Positions 30,164 to 39,134 of a stretch of 64,000 bases of DNA are shown piece after piece. The stretch is from assembly GCA_009885955.1 (NCBI GenBank), contig VFJS01000056.1, positions 15,941 through 79,940 on the forward strand, given 5' to 3'. Source of the stretch: Spirochaetia bacterium (lineage in GTDB: Bacteria > Spirochaetota > UBA4802 > UBA5550). Numbering within the stretch: position 1 is the first letter of the stretch; every line of letters starts with the position of its first letter. The translations under genes were made by a program, and so were the position numbers. The notes under the pieces were generated by a model. It was not told the origin of the DNA. It ran no database searches and saw nothing but the letters and a program-made list of their open reading frames with translations.

Positions 30164-31917
30164 CGGTCACCCTCCATATCCATCCGTATGAATCCGCCCG
30201 GGCACTCCTCGGCGCAAATTCCGCACCCCTTGCAGTGGTCATAGTCAATTACAATGCCGGTGCCGTCCTTCTGTTTCGTTATGGAATAATCCGGGCAGAA
30301 GAGGATGCAGTTTCTGCACAGTGTGCATTTACCGCACTGGAAACACCGCATTGCCTCGGAAACGGCGCTCTCGTTATCCAGCCCTGATTTGATCTCTTTA
30401 AAGTTTGTTTTTCTCGCTTCCGGGTTCAGCTTATGTCCGGCTTTCCTGACGCCACGTCTATAATAGGCATGGTTTATTTTTATTTCAGCGCATGATGCCT
30501 GTGCCTGTATGCCTCTTGTATCAGCCGGTTTTTTTATGAGGTCAAGGTATCGCATAAAGGAGTGGCCTCCGCTGCAGATGGATGTTTTATCAAATACTTC
30601 ATCCAAGTTCAGCCGGTTGATATGCGCATCCATGAATATGGCAGCCTTTTTTCCCGATGCAAGGGCGTTCACCACGAGCCGTGGATGGGGCAGGATGTCG
30701 CCCCCGGCAAATATGCCTGCCATGGATGTCCTCCCGAACCTGTCAGTAATGATGCCTGAAGAATCATGGGCGATGAAATCTTCCCCCCACGGGATGCCGG
30801 CTGCCTCCCCGATCGCTGAAATAACATCATCGGCCCTGAGTGAAAACTCCGACCCCTTTAATTCTGACAATATCCCTTTCCTTTTTTTTCCGCTATTGCC
30901 CGGCGACACCCTGACGCATGTAACACCTGTTATTTTACCTTTTTTTGTTATGATTTCCCTGGCAATAGAGCCGGTGATTATCTCAACACCTTCTTCAATA
31001 GCATCCTCCACCTCATTCCTGAATGCAGGCATATCATCCAATTCTCTTCGATAAAGGATAAGCGGTTTTTTTCCGGCCCGGAGGAGGCTCCGCGCAGTGT
31101 CTATGGCAGTGTTTCCTCCACCGATTATTATCACATTGTCCCCGAAGGTCCCGGCTATTTCCCTTCCGGTCATCGCAAGGACTTCTTTCCCAGGCCTCAC
31201 AAGAGAATTATCCCCTGATATGCCTTCAGGTTTAATGGAATTACCTGCGCCGGTTCCAAGGAAGATGTATTGATATTTTTTCAGATCACCGAATGTAAAG
31301 TCTTTTCCCAGGGATTGTCCCGGGATAATTTCAGGCTTCAAAGCAAGAAGATCTTTCAGCGAGGAATCGAGGATTTTTTCCGGGAGCCGGTATTCCGGTA
31401 TTCCATACCTGAGGATTCCGCCGATTTTGCGGCCAGCATCGAAGATGGTAACCCTGTGCCCCAGGAGGAGAAGATAATATGCGGCAGCAATGCCCGAAGG
31501 GCCACCGCCTATAACGGCAATTTTTTTACCTGCAGCCTTCCTGATCCTATGGGGTCCCGGTGACGGTTCATCGCCAGAAATCCTCTCCAGCGCATGGATT
31601 GCAATGGCCTCATCGAAATCCTTCCTGGAACAGCTCGATTCGCAGGGGTGCGGGCATACCCTCCCGCATATGGAGGGCAGGGGGTTTTCCCACCGGGCCA
31701 GGGCTGCCGCTTTTTTCATCCTCCCGCTGCCGATTTCCTTTATGATAGAGGACACCGGCACCGCAAGGGGGCAGGCTGCTTCGCATGGCGAAATCCTTGA
31801 TGCCGCTTCAGGAAAGACATATCCCCAGTTTCCCGTGTAATTATTTTTCATGGATATGTTTGATACAGATACCATGGGTATCACAGGGCTGTTGGAACTA
31901 TTTTTTTTTATTGTCAT
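30160..31917 (-). CDS. GltD-like NAD(P)H-dependent FAD oxidoreductase fused to a C-terminal 2x[4Fe-4S] ferredoxin (delta-subunit-like) domain
   Basis: N-terminal Cys cluster (CEAACP .. CGRVCPHPCESSC). Two dinucleotide-binding motifs (IAVIGGGPSGIAAA and IIIGGGNTAIDTA). C-terminal CFQCGKCTLCRNCILFCP and CKGCGICAEECP. Overlaps porA by 4 bp. Confidence 0.8.
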   Translation of the reverse strand: MTIKKNSSNSPVIPMVSVSNISMKNNYTGNWGYVFPEAASRISPCEAACPLAVPVSSIIKEIGSGRMKKAAALARWENPLPSICGRVCPHPCESSCSRKDFDEAIAIHALERISGDEPSPGPHRIRKAAGKKIAVIGGGPSGIAAAYYLLLLGHRVTIFDAGRKIGGILRYGIPEYRLPEKILDSSLKDLLALKPEIIPGQSLGKDFTFGDLKKYQYIFLGTGAGNSIKPEGISGDNSLVRPGKEVLAMTGREIAGTFGDNVIIIGGGNTAIDTARSLLRAGKKPLILYRRELDDMPAFRNEVEDAIEEGVEIITGSIAREIITKKGKITGVTCVRVSPGNSGKKRKGILSELKGSEFSLRADDVISAIGEAAGIPWGEDFIAHDSSGIITDRFGRTSMAGIFAGGDILPHPRLVVNALASGKKAAIFMDAHINRLNLDEVFDKTSICSGGHSFMRYLDLIKKPADTRGIQAQASCAEIKINHAYYRRGVRKAGHKLNPEARKTNFKEIKSGLDNESAVSEAMRCFQCGKCTLCRNCILFCPDYSITKQKDGTGIVIDYDHCKGCGICAEECPGGFIRMDMEGDR

Positions 31918-31963
31918 GGGTTTATTATTTCAAGTTATGGCAACTATTTAGTTAATAATATTT

Positions 31964-31977
31964 ACTCACGGATTCAA
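31964..31977. promoter_or_regulatory. TCACGGATTCA-family motif, site b
   Basis: TTACTCACGGATTCAAAG about 50 bp upstream of the GltD-ferredoxin fusion gene start, immediately followed by REP copy 1. Confidence 0.3.
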
Positions 31978-31989
31978 AGATCTATTCAT

Positions 31990-32029
31990 GCCCTCACCCC
32001 CGTCCCCTCTCCCGAAGTAGGGCGAGGGG
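31990..32029 (+). repeat. REP-like GC-rich palindromic element, copy 1 (solo)
   Basis: GCCCTCACCCCCGTCCCCTCTCCCGAAGTAGGGCGAGGGG. Lies inside the por cluster between the gamma gene and the GltD-fusion gene. Confidence 0.8.
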
Positions 32030-32049
32030 TGTCTGTTTCCAGTTTTGTA

Positions 32050-32610
32050 TCACCCTTTTGAATAGAGTGCGACTGTGTCAAAGGCCTCCCGTGCGGCCAA
32101 TGCATTTTCCTTCTGCTTGAACGGGACCTCCTGGTGTATGGCCTCTTCTATGGAATCGAATTTCAGCATCCCGGTAAAAGATGCAAAGGCCCCGGCAATG
32201 GCGGTATTGATGATGGGGGATGTTGCGGTCCCGAGCCCGTGTTTCAGAGCTATTGACGTTGCATCCACATAGCCGGTTCTGAATCTGCCAAAATCCATAC
32301 CGGCGATCCTCTTTTCGCCTGCATTGATAAGGATGGTCCCCTTTTCACCGAGCCCCTCGCAGACATTTACGGCCTCAACAAGGGTATGGTCCAGTACAAT
32401 GATATGCCCGGGGGTATAGACTTCAGACCTGAGATTGATGGGCACGGTGTCGATACGGACAAAGGCGCAGATGGGCGCGCCCCTTCGCTCAACCCCGAAA
32501 GCAGGAAAGGACTGGACCTGGAACCCTTCAATGTAAAAGGAGACAGCGAGGATTTTTGAAGCTATAACAGCCCCCTGCCCCCCGCGCCCATGGATCCTTA
32601 TCTCAATCAC
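32050..32610 (-). CDS. porG: pyruvate/2-oxoacid:ferredoxin oxidoreductase gamma subunit
   Basis: IEIRIHGRGGQGAVIASKILA N-terminus typical of OFOR gamma. 186 aa. Confidence 0.9.
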   Translation of the reverse strand: MIEIRIHGRGGQGAVIASKILAVSFYIEGFQVQSFPAFGVERRGAPICAFVRIDTVPINLRSEVYTPGHIIVLDHTLVEAVNVCEGLGEKGTILINAGEKRIAGMDFGRFRTGYVDATSIALKHGLGTATSPIINTAIAGAFASFTGMLKFDSIEEAIHQEVPFKQKENALAAREAFDTVALYSKG

Positions 32611-32658
32611 ATTTAGAAATCCTTTGGTAAAATAAAAAACATTATTCAGTATTAATAA

Positions 32659-32692
32659 TTGCTCACGGATTCAATGGGATGTTCACGGATTA
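32659..32692. promoter_or_regulatory. TCACGGATTCA-family motif, site c (direct repeat)
   Basis: TTGCTCACGGATTCAATGGGATGTTCACGGATTA about 50 bp upstream of the porG start. Confidence 0.3.
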
Positions 32693-32713
32693 TTTTTTTC
32701 CCTTCAAAACTGT

Positions 32714-32758
32714 GCCCTCACCCGCGCTCTGCGCGCCCTCTCCCAGTAGGGCGAGGGC
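32714..32758 (+). repeat. REP-like element, copy 2
   Basis: GCCCTCACCC-GCGCTCTGCGCG-CCCTCTCCCAGTAGGGCGAGGGC. Confidence 0.8.
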
Positions 32759-32787
32759 TTCTTAAATATAATTTTTAATAACCACTA

Positions 32788-32889
32788 CCCCCCTCTCCCT
32801 ATTCCGGGAGAGGCGACAAGCAGGATGCTTTAGTGTCGAGCGCGGACACGGATGTCCAAAAAAGCGCTCGACGAGACGGGGGTGAGGGC
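32788..32889 (-). repeat. REP-like element, copy 3 (inverted partner of copy 2; carries a ~60-bp insert with its own palindrome)
   Basis: CCCCCCTCTCCCTATTCCGGGAGAGG .. GTCGAGCGCGGACACGGATGTCCAAAAAAGCGCTCGAC .. GGGGGTGAGGGC. Confidence 0.7.
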
Positions 32890-32899
32890 ATTTTCATAG

Positions 32900-34099
32900 T
32901 TATGCTTTCAAGGCAAAGTTTTTCCCGTATTCAAAGCATTTTGCCGCAGTATCGCCGTCGGGGTTCCACTGGGACCTTAGCCCTTCATCTGACACCTCAA
33001 ATCCCGACTCTGCCAGGAGCCCGTTCAATAGCTTTACCGATTCACCGCTCCACCCGTAGGTGCCGAAACTTCCCCCTTTTTTACCCTTAAATCCCAGGCC
33101 CTTTATCTCTTCCATGATCCCGGCAACGCCGCTCAGTATCCCCCTGTTTACCGTGGGAGACCCGACGATGAGACCCTTTGATTTAAAGACCTCGGTTATA
33201 ATGTCATTCTTGTCTCCGGTGGATATCTTGAGCATTTTCACCACAACCCCGGGGTCGCCCTCGCGGATCCCCCTGACGATATTCTCGGCCATGATCCTTG
33301 TGCCGTTCCACATGGAATCGTAGATGACGGTTATCTGGTTTTCTTTATAAGAATCGGCCCATTCCATATACTTTTTAATGATCTGCGCAGGGTCCTTTCT
33401 CCACATGACGCCGTGGCTCGGGCAGATGATGTCCAGGGGGAGGTTCATGGCAGTGACGTCCTGGATTTTTTTCGTCACCATCTTATTGAAGGGAGTGAGG
33501 ATGTTGGCATAGTACTTGATACATTCATGAAGGAGCTCGTACTGGTCCACCAGGTCATTATACATCAGCTCCGACGCATAGTGGTGGCCGAAGGCATCGC
33601 TGCTGAAGAGGATGTTGTCGCCTGTCAGGTAGGAGAACATGGTGTCGGGCCAGTGGAGCATTGCCGCTTCAACAAAGACAAGGTCCTTTGAGCCAAGGTT
33701 CAGCCTGTCCCCGGTTTTAACAGTTTTATAATTCCACTCTTTATGGTACTGCCCCTTGAGAGATTTTACCCCGTTTGCAGTGCAGTAAATGGGTGTTTCA
33801 GGGATGAGCCTCATGAGCTCGGGCAGAGAACCGCTGTGGTCCACTTCACCGTGGTTCACGATGATGTAATCTATCTTCTTCAGATCCACGGTTTCGGAAA
33901 GCCTGCTGATAAATTCTCCTGAAAACGGCTCCCATACCGTGTCTATGAGGGCGGTTTTATCCTCCGTAATCAGGTATGAATTGTAGGATGACCCTTTGTG
34001 CGTGGAATATTCGTCGCCGTGAAATTTTTTCAGTTCCCAGTCGATTTTCCCCACCCAGTGTACATTGTTTTTTATATTGAAACTCATTATTTTCTCCAT
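32900..34099 (-). CDS. flavodiiron protein (class A FDP / rubredoxin:oxygen oxidoreductase-like)
   Basis: Metallo-beta-lactamase-like diiron site H-x-E-x-D-H (VNHGEVDHSG) followed by a C-terminal flavodoxin-like domain. 399 aa. Confidence 0.9.
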   Translation of the reverse strand: MEKIMSFNIKNNVHWVGKIDWELKKFHGDEYSTHKGSSYNSYLITEDKTALIDTVWEPFSGEFISRLSETVDLKKIDYIIVNHGEVDHSGSLPELMRLIPETPIYCTANGVKSLKGQYHKEWNYKTVKTGDRLNLGSKDLVFVEAAMLHWPDTMFSYLTGDNILFSSDAFGHHYASELMYNDLVDQYELLHECIKYYANILTPFNKMVTKKIQDVTAMNLPLDIICPSHGVMWRKDPAQIIKKYMEWADSYKENQITVIYDSMWNGTRIMAENIVRGIREGDPGVVVKMLKISTGDKNDIITEVFKSKGLIVGSPTVNRGILSGVAGIMEEIKGLGFKGKKGGSFGTYGWSGESVKLLNGLLAESGFEVSDEGLRSQWNPDGDTAAKCFEYGKNFALKA

Positions 34100-34215
34100 G
34101 GATTTATAGCATTAATTTCAAAATAGCAGGATAAAAAGATATGTCAATTAAATATTTAAATAATTGTATCTTGAAATGTAGCAATACTATATAATTTGTT
34201 TCTCCTCTACTTAAT

Positions 34216-34255
34216 GCCCTCACCCCCGTCCCCTCTCCCGGAATAGGGAGAGGGG
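34216..34255 (+). repeat. REP-like element, copy 4
   Basis: GCCCTCACCCCCGTCCCCTCTCCCGGAATAGGGAGAGGGG. Confidence 0.8.
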
Positions 34256-34415
34256 TGCCTTTTTCATGTTTTTGTATTAAAGCAAAGAATAATTTATATC
34301 TATTTCAATTTTATACTCAATCCGTAATAATAATCAATAGAGGTAGTTAATTCATATTGTGGTGTAATTTTTTAATATCGGAAATTATTTTTTATTATGC
34401 AGTTCATGCCTCAGT

Positions 34416-34465
34416 GCCCTTCTCCCTACCGGGAGAGGGGCGCGCCAGCAGGCGGGGGTGAGGGC
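34416..34465 (-). repeat. REP-like element, copy 5 (inverted partner of copy 4)
   Basis: GCCCTTCTCCCTACCGGGAGAGGGG-CGCGCCAGCAGGC-GGGGGTGAGGGC. Confidence 0.8.
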
Positions 34466-34479
34466 ACGGGGTTCATTTT

Positions 34480-35208
34480 TCACTTAAATTTCCCAGTCAG
34501 GATTTTGAACAGCACCGGCCCATAGTTCTTCCTGTGGCTTTCTATGGATCCAATGGGGAGTTCAAAGGTGATGAGGTGGATATTGTTCTCCTCTGCCCAT
34601 GTGCCGAAGGAACCGGGGGTTGCATATCCGATGCTCCCCACAAGGGGAAGGCCGGTCTCTCCTGAGAGCCAATTGCCTCGAACGGACAGGCGTGGGTCGT
34701 CTATGCAACCCAGGGGGGCATGGATTGATATGATGATCTCAGGTGAAATCTCTTCAACAAGTTTTATGATTGCCGGGGTTTCCGGTTCCGATCCGGGAGA
34801 GGTCCCCGGGCTCAGTACCGTGTCCATGGGTTCGTCGCTGAACCAGTTGTGGCATACGGGCTCAGGGGACCAGTTTGCCGTGGGAAAGTTCCTGTTCAGG
34901 TCAACTCCGGCACTGTTGCCCCTGGTGCCACGTGCTATGCCGTCGGGATTGAGCGATGTAACTGCAGATGCTGCCAGCCTGTTCCGGGGAATCATCCGGA
35001 GCACTGAAGAGAGGAGTACCGTGCCTTCGGGCTCGGTGCCGTGCTGGCCGGCTACTACAAGGCACCGGGGCTGCCCGGCGCCGGGCCCGAATACCTCCAG
35101 CGGGGCCCCCATCCTGCTCCTGCCGAAATTTCTCACGGCATGGTCTATGCTCCCCCGTTTCTGCCTGGGAAGGTGCCGGATATCAATTATTTTAATATTA
35201 TCAGCCAT
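34480..35208 (-). CDS. M14-like zinc carboxypeptidase / succinylglutamate desuccinylase-aspartoacylase family protein (GC-rich gene)
   Basis: HGTEPEG (H-x-x-E metal site) and a later SIHAPLG His. Local GC clearly above window average, which also creates a long spurious antisense ORF. Confidence 0.45.
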   Translation of the reverse strand: MADNIKIIDIRHLPRQKRGSIDHAVRNFGRSRMGAPLEVFGPGAGQPRCLVVAGQHGTEPEGTVLLSSVLRMIPRNRLAASAVTSLNPDGIARGTRGNSAGVDLNRNFPTANWSPEPVCHNWFSDEPMDTVLSPGTSPGSEPETPAIIKLVEEISPEIIISIHAPLGCIDDPRLSVRGNWLSGETGLPLVGSIGYATPGSFGTWAEENNIHLITFELPIGSIESHRKNYGPVLFKILTGKFK

Positions 35209-35404
35209 AATAATCAGCCTGTATTATTGATTTATTCATTGGCAATACTTTTATAGGTCATGAAATACGCCATTTACCGTAAGTCAATAGAATATAACAT
35301 GATATATTGTTGTAATTGTTTTCCTGTATATAAAAAAAATTTGACAAACCTGGAATTATCGGTATATTGAATTATGAGAAAAATTTGAAATCAGGAGGTT
35401 TTAC

Positions 35405-35827
35405 ATGTCAGATGTACAAAGACCAACATTATTAACAATATTGGGGGTTCTTGCAATAATCGGCGGTGTCTTGAGTATTATTGGTGGGATTGTCTTCCTC
35501 ATAGCTGCATTCGGCGCATTTACACTCAGCGTAATCTGGGGTCTTCTCGCCTTGATTGTTGCTGCTCTTACCCTGGGCGGCGGGGTTATCGGACTCATGG
35601 CAGGCATCAAGATCATGGGCAATAAACCCAAAGGTGTCAGCCAGCTGAAACTTTACACCTATATCGGTATCGGGTCTTCCATTCTGTGGCAGATAATTTC
35701 CGCGGGCGCATTGAAACAGCCTTTTTCCGTGGGCGATTTATTCAAAAATCTGATAATACCGGTAATAATTTTAGTTCTGCTCTTCACCCAGCAGTCTGTT
35801 AAGGATTATGAGCAGAAAGTAGGGTAG
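35405..35827 (+). CDS. small integral membrane protein (DUF4064-like?)
   Basis: Four predicted TM helices rich in G/I/L/A. RBS GGAGG 8 bp upstream of the ATG. Confidence 0.45.
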   Translation: MSDVQRPTLLTILGVLAIIGGVLSIIGGIVFLIAAFGAFTLSVIWGLLALIVAALTLGGGVIGLMAGIKIMGNKPKGVSQLKLYTYIGIGSSILWQIISAGALKQPFSVGDLFKNLIIPVIILVLLFTQQSVKDYEQKVG

Positions 35828-35838
35828 GTTCTGCTCAT

Positions 35839-35878
35839 GCCCTCACCCCCGGCCCCTCTCCCGAAATAGGGAGAGGGG
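35839..35878 (+). repeat. REP-like element, copy 6
   Basis: GCCCTCACCCCCGGCCCCTCTCCCGAAATAGGGAGAGGGG. Confidence 0.8.
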
Positions 35879-35983
35879 TGTTAGTTTTACCTATAATTCC
35901 TTAAAAATAAATAATTGTCATTACTATTTATATAGGAAATAATTTAAAGATTTTAATTGAAAATATTTAAAACATGTATAATA

Positions 35984-36028
35984 GCCCTCGCCCTACTGGG
36001 AGAGGGTGCGCAGAGCGCGGGTGAGGGC
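35984..36028 (-). repeat. REP-like element, copy 7 (inverted partner of copy 6)
   Basis: GCCCTCGCCCTACTGGGAGAGGG-TGCGCAGAGCGC-GGGTGAGGGC. Confidence 0.8.
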
Positions 36029-36040
36029 ATTAGTTTTATC

Positions 36041-38467
36041 CTACCCCTTAATCCTATACCTCTTCAAACTCAGGGAATTCGTCACAACCGATACCGAACT
36101 GAAGGCCATGGCTGCACCTGCAATAATCGGGTTGAGAAGCCCCATGGCAGCAAAGGGTATTCCAATGACATTATAGAAGAAGGCCCAGAAGAGGTTCTGC
36201 TTTATCTTCCTCATGGTCTTTTTTGACAGGAGTATGGCCGATACAGCGTTCTTCAAGCTGCTCCCTGCAAGGGTGATGTCGCCCGATTCTATGGCAATGT
36301 CGCTCCCGGTCCCCATGGCCATGCCGATGTCCGCGGTGGCAAGGGCAGGGGCGTCATTGATCCCGTCTCCCACCATGGCCACAACCATCCCCTTATTCTG
36401 GAGCTTTTTAATTTCGGCAGCCTTGTTCTCGGGAAGCACCTGGGAGATTATATGGCTGCTCTCTATGCCGGCCTGGGCCCCGATGGCGGCGGCGGTTCTT
36501 GCATTGTCTCCGGTCATCATGTAGACCTGTATGTTCATTGCCTGTAATTTTCCGATGGCCTCTGCCGAGTCTTCCCGTATGGTGTCTGCAACGGCGATGA
36601 TACCCATGAGCTTTCCGTCAGCGGCAATATAAATTGCGGTTTTCCCCTCTCCCTCGAGCCGATGAGAAATGGAATCTTCCGTAGTTATGGAGATATTATC
36701 CTCGGCCATGAGCGACCTTGTGCCTGCAAGGATGGAAAGGCCTTTGTACTGCGCCTTCACCCCCTTTCCCGGTATGGCAATGAAGTTTTCGGGGTCGTCG
36801 ATGCTGCCGGTCCTAACCTTTCCCATGGCATAGATGGCCCTCCCCAGGGGGTGTTCCGATTTTTTTTCCGCTACAGAAGCATATTCAATAAGGAGCCCTT
36901 CGTCTGTCCCGCCAAGGGGGATGATGTCGGTCACCGACGGTTCGCCCCTGGTTATGGTGCCGGTCTTGTCCAGGACCACGGCATGTATCTTCAGCGCCAG
37001 CTCCAGGCTCTCCACGTTTTTAATGAGAATGCCGTGTTCCGCACCAAGGCCTGTGCCCACCATGATGGCCGTGGGCGTTGCAAGCCCCAGGGCGCAGGGG
37101 CAGGCGATGACGAGCACCGAGACTGCTGCGATGATCCCCATGGAGGTATTCCCGAAAACAAGGCTCCAGAGGGCAAAGGTGATGATGGCGATGAGGAGCA
37201 CTGCAGGCACAAAGACCCCGGCAACTTTGTCTGCCAGTTTCTGTATGGGGGCCTTTGACCCCTGGGCCTCCTCCACTACTTTTATTATCCTTGCAAGTAC
37301 GGTATCCTTCCCGATCCTTGTGGCTTTAAAAGTAATGGACCCGTTCCGGTTTATGGTGCCGCCGATGATTCTATCTCCTTCCTTTTTGTCCACGGGCATG
37401 CTCTCGCCGGTAATCATGCTCTCGTCAACTGCTGAGAAGCCGCTCACCACCGTGCCGTCCACGGGGATCCTCTCGCCGGGCCGCACTGATATGATATCGC
37501 CGGTGATTACGCGTTCAATGGGGATCTCGGTTTCTTTCCCGTCCCTGATTACCGTTGCCGTTTTCGGCTGGAGCCCCATGAGCTTTTTTATGGCCTCGGA
37601 AGTCTTTCCCTTGGCCCCGGCTTCGAGATATTTTCCCAGGAGGACAAGGGTGATGATGAGCGCCGATGCCTCAAAGTAGAGGTCGCCTTTCACTCCCGCT
37701 GGAAGTTCCTTGAAAAATCCATTGTAAATGCTGAAAAAATATGCAGCGCTTGTGCCCATGGCTACCAGGAGGTCCATTCCGGGGCTCAGCGACTTCAGGC
37801 TTTTCCACCCGTTCCGGTAAAATCTCCACCCGATGAAAAACTGGACTGGAGATGCCACAATAAGCTGGAATAAGGGGTGGTGTAGGATATCGATATGGAA
37901 ATTGATGATCTCCAGGGTCATGGCAAGGATGAGAGGGGAACTGAGGACAATTGACAGTATGAGCCTCAGCCTGAGCCCGCGGATCTCTTTTTCACGGGCT
38001 TCTTTTTCATGGTCCCTGGAATCATGGCTTATCTCTTCGGCTTTGTACCCTGCGGTTTCAACAGCTTTTATCATTTCAGTTACAGAAGAGTTCAGGGGAT
38101 CATATTCCACAGTTGCCCGTTCCGTGGCCAGGTTTACTGAGGCATTTGTTACCCCGGGCACGCCTTTCAGGGCCTTTTCAACCCTGGCGGAACAGGAGGC
38201 GCAGGTCATGCCGAAAATGGCAATCTCAGCAGCGGCAGGACCTTCGACTGGCCTCTCCTTTTCTATAACTCCGAAGCCCAGGCCCCTGATTTTATCCATA
38301 ATTGCGGGTTCATCTATGACAGTATCGTCATATTCAACAGCAGCCCGTTCCATTGCGAGGTTTACGGCCACGCTTTTTATTCCGTCCTGTCCACCCAGTG
38401 TTTTCTCAATCCTGAGGGCGCACGAGGCGCAGGACATTCCGGTTATTCCAATGACATCTTTTTTCAT
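36041..38467 (-). CDS. copA: copper-translocating P1B-type ATPase with two N-terminal HMA domains
   Basis: GMSCASC and GMTCASC metal-binding motifs, CPC ([11 protein letters not shown]), DKTGT phosphorylation site, and GDGINDAP. 808 aa. Confidence 0.95.
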   Translation of the reverse strand: MKKDVIGITGMSCASCALRIEKTLGGQDGIKSVAVNLAMERAAVEYDDTVIDEPAIMDKIRGLGFGVIEKERPVEGPAAAEIAIFGMTCASCSARVEKALKGVPGVTNASVNLATERATVEYDPLNSSVTEMIKAVETAGYKAEEISHDSRDHEKEAREKEIRGLRLRLILSIVLSSPLILAMTLEIINFHIDILHHPLFQLIVASPVQFFIGWRFYRNGWKSLKSLSPGMDLLVAMGTSAAYFFSIYNGFFKELPAGVKGDLYFEASALIITLVLLGKYLEAGAKGKTSEAIKKLMGLQPKTATVIRDGKETEIPIERVITGDIISVRPGERIPVDGTVVSGFSAVDESMITGESMPVDKKEGDRIIGGTINRNGSITFKATRIGKDTVLARIIKVVEEAQGSKAPIQKLADKVAGVFVPAVLLIAIITFALWSLVFGNTSMGIIAAVSVLVIACPCALGLATPTAIMVGTGLGAEHGILIKNVESLELALKIHAVVLDKTGTITRGEPSVTDIIPLGGTDEGLLIEYASVAEKKSEHPLGRAIYAMGKVRTGSIDDPENFIAIPGKGVKAQYKGLSILAGTRSLMAEDNISITTEDSISHRLEGEGKTAIYIAADGKLMGIIAVADTIREDSAEAIGKLQAMNIQVYMMTGDNARTAAAIGAQAGIESSHIISQVLPENKAAEIKKLQNKGMVVAMVGDGINDAPALATADIGMAMGTGSDIAIESGDITLAGSSLKNAVSAILLSKKTMRKIKQNLFWAFFYNVIGIPFAAMGLLNPIIAGAAMAFSSVSVVTNSLSLKRYRIKG

Positions 38468-38602
38468 ATGGTTATTTCACTCCAGAAGGCATATACTCAT
38501 ACTCCCTAGGAGTATATATAGTAATTTGTACACCTGAAGTCAAGCTTTTAATTGTGAAATAGTGTTTAAAATTAGGAACATCCCGGTATTTTCCAGTTGC
38601 GG

Positions 38603-38737
38603 AGACATTACTCTGAGCTGGTGGTAAACGGGTAGGGTTTGCTCTGAGCCAGAGGCGTTACTCTGAGCATGGCTAGTTGGTTAAGGTTTTGCTCTGAGCA
38701 AGGCTAAGTAATTGAGACATTAGACATTACTCTGAGC
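38603..38737. promoter_or_regulatory. array of five (T/G)(A/G)CTCTGAGC motifs in the copA/thiS-like divergent intergenic region
   Basis: Motif starts at 38610, 38640, 38659, 38690 and 38728 (spacings 30, 19, 31, 38 bp). Two copies are preceded by GACAT. A TTGACA/TTGACT promoter-like region follows at 38778-38826. Confidence 0.4.
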
Positions 38738-38875
38738 ATCATTTCTAAAAAAATTCCATTTTTCTAAAAATTTTTCCTTGACAAAAAAAGGCAATACTTG
38801 ACTATTCTTATCAAGTTAGTAGGATTGTTTGTTTCAATCATTTATTGACCCTAAATTATATTACACGAGGCTGGT

Positions 38876-39094
38876 ATGAAAATAATAATTAATGGAAAAG
38901 AAGATTCAATAACTCCTTTGGATGGGAAGATAAATATTAACGAACTTCTTGCAATAAAAAATGTTGAAATGCCGGATATGGTATCGGTAGAACTGAATGA
39001 AGTTATATTGAACAGGGCCGATTTCGTTAATACCTTTATAAATCATGGTGATAGGGTGGAATTCCTCTATTTCATGGGCGGAGGGGCTGCCTGA
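38876..39094 (+). CDS. ThiS/MoaD-family sulfur carrier protein with a C-terminal extension after Gly-Gly (..FMGGGAA)
   Basis: 72-aa beta-grasp-sized protein. Ends in GG followed by extra residues (G)AA, as in CysO/HcyS-type carriers that need JAMM processing. Confidence 0.7.
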   Translation: MKIIINGKEDSITPLDGKININELLAIKNVEMPDMVSVELNEVILNRADFVNTFINHGDRVEFLYFMGGGAA

Positions 39095-39134
39095 GATTAA
39101 CCCCTGGTTTAGGGTAAAACTATGGAGGCTGAGT

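Noticed and set aside
34544-35230. 228-aa plus-strand ORF
   Set aside because: Antisense to the GC-rich M14-like gene; product is low-complexity Pro/Arg/Gly-rich; an artefact of high GC.
31990-36028. Possible CRISPR array suggested by repeated GC-rich palindromes
   Set aside because: Copies are in alternating orientation, irregularly spaced (60-1500 bp), interleaved with genes, and the repeat sequence itself varies. This is REP/REPIN-like, not CRISPR.
36834-37679. 281-aa plus-strand ORF
   Set aside because: Lies antisense inside the well-supported copA gene; Ser/Met/Pro-rich, no domain.
38603-38737. Possible mini-CRISPR or riboswitch in the CTCTGAGC array
   Set aside because: Repeat unit only 9-10 bp with irregular 19-38 bp spacers; no conserved stem-loop architecture.
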